The position numbers were made by a program, and so were the translations under genes. DNA of 64,000 nucleotides. Origin: Stylophora pistillata. Taxonomy: Eukaryota. The stretch spans positions 275,516 through 339,515 of the forward strand of contig NW_019218084.1 in assembly GCF_002571385.2 (NCBI RefSeq), given 5' to 3'. The notes under the pieces were generated by a model, which saw nothing but the letters and a program-made list of their open reading frames with translations, did no database searches and was not told the origin of the DNA. Shown piece after piece: positions 1 to 10,900 of this stretch (position 1 is the stretch's first letter; every line of letters starts with the position of its first letter).

Positions 1-620
1 TTGAGTAACAACTTTCAAACTTCGAGGATTTTAAAGAGAAATGAGAGACTAAGAGACTATAATTATCGCAAATAAACACAGATGATGTTTCGAAAGCGCA
101 TGATAAACATTTTGCAAGACCCTCAGCTTTGCAAGGTAACCCTTACCACCCCTGAAATAAAGAGATTGTAAGTTCTGAAAACAGTAAAAATTTCTGTGAG
201 GACTTTGTGGTATTGCAGAAGGGAGGAAAAAAATGAAACAAAGGCCAGAAACAACGAAAAAAAGCCTTACGAAAGCATTATCGACTTTAAACGTCTCTCG
301 ACGTTGTCTCGATCGGAAACGAAATTGGTACATAATCCTTGACTTTCCCTACCTCTTCTACTTTAGTCTCGCTTTATATTTTTAAATGATATTTTGTGAA
401 AAAAAGGATAAAACTTCGAATTTCCTGAATTTGTTTGTGTTTGTTGTGTACCCTACATGCAAATTAGGGTACTACGTGTTGCCTATCTTATATTGTCACG
501 CCGCGCGAATCTGCAACTTAGATAATATTAAAAAGGATTGTCGATAATCTTAAATAGATCTCTCAGCTACGGTTGTTTGCTAAATTCTCAACATAATCAG
601 GTGGTTTACTAATCGCTTAC

Positions 621-768
621 CTTTTCCGAAGAGATATTTGGCGGTCACGACAAACAGAACTACGATAAAAACGACAAGAATCGATCTCCTGATTTTACGA
701 GGAATCCATTTGAAGGCACCTTTCGATTCTCGAGCCATCACAGATAGGAATGATACACTAGGCGGCAT
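621..768 (-). CDS. Candidate first exon of a type II membrane protein (basic residues then TM helix); rest of gene not resolved
   Basis: ATG at 768 reads MPPSVSFLSVMARESKGAFKWIPRKIRRSILVVFIVVLFVVTAKYLFGK, followed by a GTAAGC donor (phase 1). Same layout and phase as exon 1 of the neighbouring hexosaminidase. No convincing exon 2 found. Confidence 0.35.
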
Positions 769-1105
769 TTTACAGCCCAGGTACAGAATAGATTCCTTCG
801 GTCCATTCCCCGATTCATTGAAAATAACGAAGTGCAGTCATGGTGCCCATGTGCTGGTTACTAAGCCCAGTCTCTTTGAAACTTTGCATTGTTAGCGTGG
901 TGGGGTGAAGCGGTTTTGCACGAGATATTATTTTTGTCGTGCATATGGTTACGTCCCGGTCGAAATGACCTTCTTCTTCAGTACGGTGAAAGAAAACCTA
1001 GAAAATTCCTATTAAGAACAAATTGCATGAAAAACTTCGTGCACACTGCACCTCTTGTGCAATAAACCTGAATAACCAAAATGCGAGACGAGTAAATTAA
1101 CATAA

Positions 1106-3009
1106 GGGATCGTTCGTTTTTTACAAAGTAAGGGGAGCTGGTGGGATTTGGGAGAGGGGGGTCACCAAAAAATAAAAACCGCCTTAAAGGGGGGGCCATC
1201 TAAAAAAAAAATAAGGCAAAAGGGGGGTCACGTAAAATATTTTAATAATGCCTCAAGATGGGATATGTTTTACTATTCTTAAAAAATATATCCCCACAGA
1301 AACAAATAAGAAGGTTTTTAAATCCATTAAAGAATTCCCTTCTGCTTTTCATGATAACGTTTCCGCGGCTGCAGACTGCAATTTTAAAGCTAAGGAAGTT
1401 AATGAACAAAAACAAGGTTTCTATCTTTATCTTTACTTCATTTTCATCTCTGTATCGCTGGATTTTTTAATCTTTTTTTTCATTTATCCTTTAAAGGTTA
1501 TTTAATACAATACAGTTAGAATAGCAGTTACTCCACCAGAATAGCCAAAGCTACCTACAATCTACTATAAAGGCCTGTAAACTATCTTGAAGAAATAAAG
1601 GTACTTTTCAAACATTGATTCTCCCTGCTAATCTTCTTCGAGTTCTTCCTCGTCGCTTGTGCTGCTGTGGGAGTCGTTTTCGTTCCTTTCAGGCAGAGCG
1701 TAGTCTTCAGGATACAGGATGCAGTCAGTACACTTTATCCCTAACCTCTGGCTTGAGGATTGTGATTATTCTGCTTCCTGCCGCATTGCTGAAGTTGATT
1801 GCAACAGCTGTGCAATATATGGCGCATCTTGTCTAAATAGAGATTCTGCAATATCTTCGACAAGTTGACGCACTCTTCGGGGATGGCCAGGGAAGGTGGA
1901 TACAGAAGACATTCTTCAAGATCATTGCCTAGCGGGTTTTTAACACAGTGTGGAAATTTTTCTTGACGGTTTTCTTCTAACGTTACCTATCATACAACAA
2001 CACTCCAAGGGAGGGCCGTAATGTAGACGATTGGTAGTCCAGAGTATAGTTGAAGAAGGAGCATGGCAGTGGCAGGCTAGTTTTGTGGTCAGATTCAGAA
2101 AGCGTAGCAGCATTTTCTGACAAGTTTATTAATATTGTTAAGCCAAAGTTTGTCGTTGAATACCTGACGCATCTCGATATGGTTGATTTCAAATAGAAGA
2201 AGAGGGCTGAGAAGAGGGCAAAGGAAAGCCAGAAGGCGAAGGAGAAAAATTATGAAGATTATGCTTGGAAAGATTTGTGCGACGATCGGACAAAACTAAA
2301 AAAGCTCCGAGTGCTAGAGCTAAACAAATACCTCAAACACCATAGACTAGACAAGTACCTGAAGAGCACCAAAAATGACAAGGTTAAGGTAATTACCAGA
2401 CACTGGCTTCTCCAAATGAATCCTGAAGGAACTGATATACTACAAAAAAGAATGGGAGAAAGAGACGAAGCTGAAAATGAGCCTTTGCTAGATAGTGATA
2501 GCGACGGTAGCGTAGAAGACGACACCTGTGGACCGGAAGCGGAAGTAGCAGTGATGAGGAGAATGAAAATGATTACATTGACTCTGGTGATAGAGACCAA
2601 TCAAGTGATGTCATTCTTGCCTTCATCGATTATGAAGAAGTTGAGAGGCCAGCCACAACACGTTCGGGAAGAGCCATAACCAGAAGATCAAAGATTGACG
2701 GATTTTTCTTTTTTTTTATTCTTCAACGAATTCAGAGCAAGCTGGCACATTTCTTTTTTTGCTGACTTTATAGCCTAGTACAGTTAAAAGTGACAGATAC
2801 AATTGTACTGTGAATCGTAATACCTTGATAAAGCCAAAAAGATACTGTGTTACTCTACAGTATGTATATCTGGTTTAATTGACAATTTTTTTTGGAGGTC
2901 ACCGAAAAAATTTACCTGTATGGAGGGGGAGGGGAGTCATGGAAAAAATTAAACGACTGAGGGGGGGTCATGCAACTTTTTAATGAAACGGTCCCTAATG
3001 AACGGTCCC
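1106..3009. mobile_element. Non-autonomous PIF/Harbinger-like DNA element with internal coding remnant
   Basis: Imperfect TIRs GGGATCGTTCGTT (1106) and AATGAACGGTCCC (ends 3009), flanked by TAA on both sides (1103-1105, 3010-3012). G-rich subterminal motifs at both ends. Internal ORF remnant ~2200-2679. Confidence 0.65.
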
Positions 3010-3268
3010 TAATTCACGAACTTAAAGAATTAAATTGGAAGTGCCGATTATCGCGTGACTGTTGAGAATGCGGCTCTCTCGCGTTACTGTGAAAGTGGTC
3101 TACTAGGAAAATAGAGTGAAGGCAATCTCTAAATACTAACGAATGATACAACGAAATTTATGCTAATTTGCATTAGCCCACGATCGTGGCTCCTTTATAT
3201 CGGCGAGAGCGCGTTTCATCCGCCGACTTTCGCCCCTTCCCAGCAACCTATATGTATNNNNNNNNNNN

Positions 3269-3402
3269 GTTTCGAGCTTTAGCCCTTCGTCGGAGCGAAG
3301 GGCTAAAGCTCCGACGAAGGGCTAAAGCTCGAAACGTCAGCTTTTGTAATCGTTACGGTGGCCAATTTACCATTTCAACTTTGTTGATACATCCAAATTA
3401 TA
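3269..3402. mobile_element. Penelope-like element terminal remnant with hammerhead-like motif in inverted arrangement
   Basis: GCT-CCGACGA-A-GGGC-TAAA-GCTC-GAAAC-GTC-AGC at 3308-3341, preceded by its partial reverse complement (3269-3296). Downstream sequence is shared with the copy at 30936. Adjacent to an N gap. Confidence 0.6.
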
Positions 3403-3905
3403 TTGACCAAGCTTGTTCGGTCAAGATGGCTAGATGTTGACCGAGCTTTTTTTTTGCGTTTTCATGAAACTAAGCCAGATACATCAAATACGCAGAAAAA
3501 CAACAAGGCTAATATCCAACTATCTTGACCGACTAAGTCTGGTCAATAATGGATTCGTTACCAGGCGCGTAGCGTGGTCATTTTTTCAATTGCGCAAAAG
3601 TACATATGATCTAGAAACCTAAGTAAACTGGGCGAAAAATACTGCGTTCTTTATTTCTTGTTTAAAATAGTTGTCTGAATACAAGCAAAGAACAAGGCGT
3701 CTTGCCCTTATTTTGAGCAAACTTGGCGCAAAGACAACATTGTTTTCAACTTTTTCTGGTCACTTCAATTACGCACGTGCGTATATGCGTAGAGGACGCT
3801 ACGCGCCTGGTTACAAAGCAAGGGTAAGAAAGTCAGCTGTGTTTGCGGCACAAAAATCCCTTAACTCGAGAGTCGCTTATGTTTTCTTTGTTTTGATTGA
3901 TGGGC

Positions 3906-3938
<33 letters not shown>

Positions 3939-4020
3939 AAGGATTTGCCACATACTAAGTACCTAGGAGTGCTGCCACCCATATAATAATTGGTTTTGAC
4001 CACTGCAAAGAGTCTTTAAA

Positions 4021-4053
4021 GCTGACGTTTCGAGCTTTAGCTCTCATCGGAGC
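4021..4053 (-). ncRNA. Minimal type I hammerhead ribozyme-like motif (Penelope-associated)
   Basis: Minus strand reads GCT CCGATGA GAGC TAAA GCTC GAAAC GTC AGC: core CCGANGA/GAAA, perfect 4-bp stem II, GUC triplet. Flank 4054-4080 is the reverse complement of ~30910-30935. Confidence 0.6.
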
Positions 4054-4979
4054 GAATAGAGGAATTGTGGGTTGTGTGTTTACAGAAAATGGAGCTATGC
4101 AAAAATCGATTAGCTTAAACGAATACATTCTTCGATATCGTGGGGATTAAGAGCGCCGACTTAAAAGATAAATAGTTGATCTACAGTTTTGCGGCTTTCC
4201 AAACTACCTAGAAGTAGGGAAAACGACCTCAGACCACCATATGCTGCTTAGAATTATTTGGGAGATCAAACCTGACGGTGTGATGATTTTCGTGCTGCCC
4301 TTCCCCGCTCCCTAAAAAATTGAGAAACACACAACGTGGTATGCAAAAGACGTATTATAAATACAGTGCTGATAAAGTGTCCTACAAAAAGTTTAAAATC
4401 TGACGGAGTGAAGATAGTAGAATGTAATAAAATAAGTCTACAGTCTGTTGAAAAACAGAAACTCAAACGAGATAACTTCGACCTATCTACAAAGGTTTGT
4501 ATCGGGGACTTTTGCATTCATCCTTGCTCTCCATTCCTCCTTCTAAGCGCGTTAACCTCAAGTACGTGGGCAGGTTTCCTGTCATTTATGAAATAACAGT
4601 TATTGCTTATTCTGCCGTCGATATTTGTGTCTCTTTTCAGGTTGGTACTTGTTCAATCTTGGAGCAACGATAATGGGTCTCCGTTGGCCGTGGTAAACAA
4701 GGCTTGTTTGAAGGAGAGTGTTGTAAGGGCCACCACCAACTCAACATCACTGTGGTAAGTTATCGCTGGAGCCTTGAGATGGGTCTAAGTTGATCACTCT
4801 GCTAAACCGGTTTTGGTCGGCCGATCTTTATTATCAAAAAAAAGAAATTCATGTCAGCGTTAAATTTTTGGGTACTTCAAACCAGTTATGGGCTGACCTT
4901 CTTGGGGGCCGATTACAAAATAAACAAAAGGTCAAAATAACTCAGTTTTGTCCAAAATCACGCAAGGAAGCAATTTTAC

Positions 4980-7900
4980 CTGGTCCTGAGCTTTATCCTC
5001 TCGTTCACTTCCGTTTCCGGTGTGACGTCATTCCAAGTAAGACCATCATCTTTGGAGTATTCAACTTTAAGGCCGGGCAGCTCAGTTGTCACGTGCAGCT
5101 TATTGCAAGCAGCTTTGCAGACAATTCTAGAAAGAAATAGAGAGGACCGAATGAATGTTAGTGCATATGTCGTAACGATTATGTACAGATATACATTGAG
5201 CAGGTGACTCCTTTTCAAAAAGAAGTCGACAAATTCCGATCACAAGATTTATACGAACCTTGCTACGGGAGGTGGTACGCGGTACGGGACACCTATCTTA
5301 TCGAGTCGAACCAGTTCCCTGTGGCCGAGCGTGTTGGCAAAGTTGACCCAGTCTTCATCTAGTTGCTTTTGCCTTTCTTCACCCCACAGGTCTTCCCAGG
5401 ATCCTTTATGCCACGCGCGTTCAGCCGCAGCCAATAGTCGAGGAAAAATCATGCTGTGCATCTGGTCAGCGGTACGGATCAATTCACCCCACATTGTTCC
5501 TTCCAGTCCTACAAGTAAAACAAAGGCTGTCACAGTTGTTTGTTTCTTCATATGTTCTTAAATACTCCAGACAATGTGATCCCGTTCATGACTACGCATG
5601 CGTAGCATACCTTTGGGAAAGCTATCTCGCACGTGTGGGACATTCGAAAAACCAATGTTTTTGTCACTGACGAACTTGGAAACACTTTGAAGAATGGTTG
5701 TTTCCACAAGTTAAAGCTTCACTCTCAATTTTTCCATTACAGCACGATTCCGGCGCTCTTTACAAAAATAGAAAGAAAACTTTCGGCGAAAAGTCATTCA
5801 AAAAAAGTGAAACTAATTTATTGAAAGATCTCTTTGACGTACCTGGACCGAAGGGCGCAGCCAAAAAGGTATCCCCGAATGCAGGTGTCATCACCCCCCC
5901 CCCCCCAAACCCTTACCTCTTTATTCTACGAGTGAGGAATAATATTTAAGAACCTGATTACGTTCCAAAATGTCAGTAAGAATAAAGAAGAGGAACTCCC
6001 CCCTCCTCCTCCCCTCATGGAAAATTCTACATACGCTCTCGGCGCAATGAAATGGTGGCCTCCCGGTTAGCTCTATTGGTTAGAGCGCCGGATTGTGTTG
6101 TGCGAGAGGTCGAGGGTTCGGTCCCCGGCCGGACCGATACTCCTGGTCTTAAAATAAGTGAGGAGAATTTGCCACCTTTCTATAATAATAATAATAAAAA
6201 ATGGATAGATATTCTAGTCTTCTCGGATAAGGACGAATAAACCGTAGGCCCCGTCTCCTATAGGGTTAGGGGTAGGAGACGTTAATTTCCCACGCACGAG
6301 ATTACTGTGTAGTGGATGTCCTCCCCTGAGGTGGGATGGGTGGGAATTGGCCCTGAAAAGCCCCCATGGGGTGTGGTCAACTAACGTATGTATGCATGTA
6401 TGCTCCGTTGTTGTCTTAGTTATCAGAGTCCAAGAAAATGGAAGTACTTTACCGAGAATGTTCTGATTGCCTGGCGGCGAGTATCCAAATGTCTTTCTGA
6501 TGTCAGTATATTTTTCTGCCCAATTTAATCCCCGCTCATTGAAGTCATGTTCTTGTGAATGATCAAAGTAAAGAAATCTTGCTGGGGTTAACACGACCTG
6601 AGTAAAATAGATGAGATTTACTCAAGTTAAGGTAACCATAAAAATGGCTAGAATGTGCACATTGCTTCCAAGCTTTGTTAAATTGATTGTTAAGCAAAAA
6701 GCACACCAAACTGATTTTGGTAGTGTATAGTGAGTAAAGGGGGTAACTCAGCTGACAAAACCAAATTATCTTGATTTTAGTAGTTTCATGATAAAAGTTA
6801 CCTGAAAAAAAAATACAGAACATTGCCTGAACAATGACAGATTTACTACCTTGTAACCTCCTCTTAAAAGTCTTGATATTGTCTCTTCTTCAAAATTAGC
6901 TCCCCAAAAATACGCCACAGCATTCTCATTCTTAATTATGGTTTTTTTCAACCCGATGGCCATGTTGCCGTCTGCAACGGTGGAAAATGAATCGCTCCAG
7001 CCCCCAATATTTAGACCGTGCTTGCGTGTGATACGGGAAACACCTTCCACAAAAACGTCCATTAAGTAGCGTTTGGTTAACCTATGTCCCATCTTCTGAC
7101 ACTCAGGGGAATTTACCCAGGCTCCATTTGGAACCTCGTCGCCTCCAAAGTGATAAAAAGTCAGCGGCTGTATGTCACTATGGAGACGAGATAAAGTTGA
7201 TAATATGAAATCGAGAAATGTGTACGTGGAATTTATACAAGGATTAACGGTGTCATCACTAAAACCTTGAATGGTGGTATACGAAGATTTGTCATTGAAA
7301 TCACTGAGAAGAAATCTATTCGCTTCTTTATCTTTCCCTTCTTGTACAAGTCGGTCAAAACGAGCTCTCATGCTTTTCACAGCAGCATGACTGTGGCCCG
7401 GTAAGTCGAACTCTGGAATCACTTGAATGTGGCGTCGTGCTGCGTGACGAAGTATTTCGCGATAGTCTTCAGTAGAGTAGAACCCAGTGCCCGAGGTGCT
7501 CGTGTCGACGCCTGAACCGAGTTGCGTCATGATGCATTTCTTCTCTTGCAAATCGAAGCATCTCCTTGACCCAATCTAGAACAGAATTCCAAAAATGATA
7601 ATACTGATAGACAAGGCAAACTGATTGACGGACCGACAAACATCGGCAGAGACACAAATAGACTGATAGACCACGCCCATGGGCTGGCCATGGCCCCGAC
7701 GTGTCGCTAATGACGAGCCTACCATGAAATCAGCGAGGACCATCCAGAAAGCAGCTGAAGTGCTGCAAAATACGTGCGGTGAGATTTTTGGAGTTACTGG
7801 AGCACCAGCCTGCTTGCAGGCCTCTATTACAAGCGCTTCGGCACGTGTGTCACTTCGCCCGTATAAGGCCTGGGGCAACGCGAGCCGGCAACAGGCCTCC

Positions 7901-10900
7901 AAAGGGTTTAACACTGACAATTGTTAGTGCCAGACCCCGACAAACCTCTCCCCAACTAGTCTCCAATCTTCCCGCTGGCAGAAGAACGCGCTTCACAGTA
8001 GGCTACAAAAGCATTAACCTCGTTCCCTCTTCCAAAGTAACTTATTTCACACAACATTGAGAAAAGTGCCAAATAAAACTACCTTACCGTTGTTAGCTCT
8101 TCGAGTCCAGGAATTTCCAGTCTCCATCCCTCGCTATCTGACAAATGAAAATGAAACTTGTTCATCTTATACATCGCCATGGCATCCAAAACCTTCATAA
8201 TGTCCTGCTTAGATTTAAAATTACGAGCAACATCCACCATCAACCCGCGGTACGAAAAACGTGGAGAGTCTTTGATAGAAACCGCCGTAACTTCGCCCCT
8301 TTCGTTCATGAGTGCCAACAGAGTCTGAATACCGTAAAACACTCCGCTACTGCTTTGGCCAGTTATGGTGATCAATTCCTTGGAATCACCAACTTCAAGA
8401 CTGTACGAATCGTTTGCAGTAGAGGGAGACTGATCCTGGTTTGATTCAAAAGCCACTGGTGCCAGGGTCAATAAAATGGTTTTTGAACTTGAGTCGATGG
8501 ATGAAGATACTTTTAATCCAAGTTTATCTAGACAAAAAAAAGGAAAAAATATTTATTTGTATTATTATCACCATCACCACTTCAATAACATCTCTACCTG
8601 TCCTTGATGCTTAATTGCTGCACCTTCCAACTTGGATTTCATAAAAGTAGTATTGATTGACTGAGCATGGGAACTTTGCTAATTAGGCATAGAGAACTAA
8701 ACGATGACCCAACTGTTTGTCTGTGTGTACCAGTATGTCAATGTGTCCGACTATTAAATTCTCAGTTCATTCTCTAACTGCTCTGACTATTTGTCTAACT
8801 GACTCAGACTATGGACAAACTGAGTTACTGAATAGCTGATTGATAGGCTGCCTGCAGCCTAACTGACTGACTGACTGACTGACTGACTACCTGCTTGACT
8901 GACTGACAGGCCTGACTAGCTGTCTGACTAGCTGACCAGCTGACTGAACTGACTGGCTGACTGAACTAACCAGCTGACTAGCTGTCTGATGACTGACTGG
9001 CTGAACTGACCTCCTTACTGACTGCCTGACTAACTGCCTGACTGCCTCGCTGACTGAACGACTGTCTGACTGACTGACTGACTAGCTGACTGGCTGACTG
9101 GCTGACTAGCTAACTGACTGACTGACTGACTAGCTGACTGGCTGACTTGCTGACTGGCTGACTGGCTAACTGACTGACTGACTAAATGACTGCCTGCTTG
9201 ACTGACTGACTAGCCTCACTAGTTGTCCGACTAGCTGACTGGCTGACTGAACTGACTGGCTGACTGAACTAACCAGCCGACTAGCTGTCTGATGACTGAC
9301 TGGCTGAACTGACTTCCTTGCTGAGTGCCTGACTAACTGCCTGACTGCCTCCCTGACTGACTGGCCGACTGAATGACTGCCTGACTGACTAGCTGACTGA
9401 CTAACTGACTGACTGGCTGACTGACTGACTGCCAGCCTGTTTGACCGACTGACTGGCCTGACTAGCTGTCTGACTAGCTGACTGGCTGACTGAAATAACC
9501 ACCTGACTAGCTGTCTGATAACTGACTGGCTGAATTGATTTCCTGACTTACTGCCTGACTGCCTGACTGCCTGTCTGACTGCCTGGCTGACTGACTGACT
9601 GACTGAATAACTGAATGACTGACTGACTGACTGAACTGACTAACTGTCTAACTTACTGGCCAACTGACAGAGCAACAGACTGGCTGAAAGACTGACTGAA
9701 AGACTGGCTGACTTACTGAGCTGACGGACTGATTAGCTGACAGCCTGATTGACTGACAGACCAACTGGCTGATTAGAGTTAATTTTAAAACATTTTACAC
9801 TAAAAAAAAAACACCTGACAAAAATTGCAACTCATTCTGTAGCCCCTTGTCTCCAGACACTGTCCATTCCTTGTTAATAAACATAAACTGAGGATTCTCA
9901 TCTCTTGATATTTTGGATGGCGAAGGAATGACAAGTAAAGGGGCATGTCCCAAATCCTTTGGACCATCAACACTATGGCGAACATTACTCAAAGGATCAG
10001 AAGTAGAAACAAAAGGGAGGTCTTCATTAGCTGTAGAAACTATTGTTCTTGGCTCTAGACCTTTAGAAGCAATGTACCAGTTTGGTGAGATTATATGACG
10101 AGACCAAAGATGAAGTGGCAGTGCTCTTATTGAGCATTTAAGAGAAGCTGCAGGCGAAAAAGGATTGTTATAATTAACTGGCTCCATCTTATACACATGT
10201 CCCACAACATGTTCAAAAGTGAGGGTGTTATGTTCCTCTACACCAACTTGTTGTAGATGTGGTATAAACCATGTGTTCAAAGAAAAGTATATAGTCCATC
10301 CACGGTTCCTGATAATTCTAGCACCTTTATTAGAAATTGTAATCACTGCTTCTGTCTTTGATAGAAATTCAACATGGACTTGAATGTGCTTGGCCATGAA
10401 GTCAATTTCTAGTTGGTTAATTCCCTCCAAGGAGTTTTTCCTCTCAGTATCCTCAGAGAAGCTAGTTCTTTCTTTGTTTATTTTGCTTGCAGTCTCTCAA
10501 GGGTTTTCCAGAAAAGGTTGAATCGAAGGGTTATCATGGGCCTCTGAGAAGTTAACACTTGTTAAAAATGCGGTCCACACAGATATCTTTGTAGATTGTT
10601 CTTGATCGTAATGCCCGTGACTGTCTGTTAGATGAAAATATTAGTAAAAAGAAAAAAGAAAACCACAAACAAAAATTGGGAAGGGGGTAAGGGAGGTTCT
10701 GAAGCCTCAGTGTATTACTAGGAAACTTTTTCCAAGCCAAAAATATTAACTATCATTATTGTTATCATTATTATTATCATCATTATTATTATTATTATTA
10801 TTATCATCATCTTTTCATTGTTCATTCTACATATTTATTCTTACAATTGAAAAGACCTTTTTGAGTGAGAATATATGCTTTATGTGAAAAAATATCATCA

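Noticed and set aside
6058-6135. tRNA gene calls at the SINE heads (also 23206, 34440-34520, 39182, 49280)
   Set aside because: Each continues into a shared SINE body and tail and lacks a proper acceptor stem or terminator.
7576-8060. Overlapping ORFs in the GC-richer part of a hexosaminidase intron
   Set aside because: No recognisable domain or splice support. Probably a repeat fragment.
10497-10499. Selenocysteine recoding of the TGA
   Set aside because: Lies in a non-catalytic stem, no Cys-homologous context is evident, and no SECIS was identified by eye.
4980-10624. Bacterial contamination or recent horizontal transfer of chitobiase
   Set aside because: The gene has multiple GT-AG introns containing host SINEs and microsatellites and is contiguous with animal genes.
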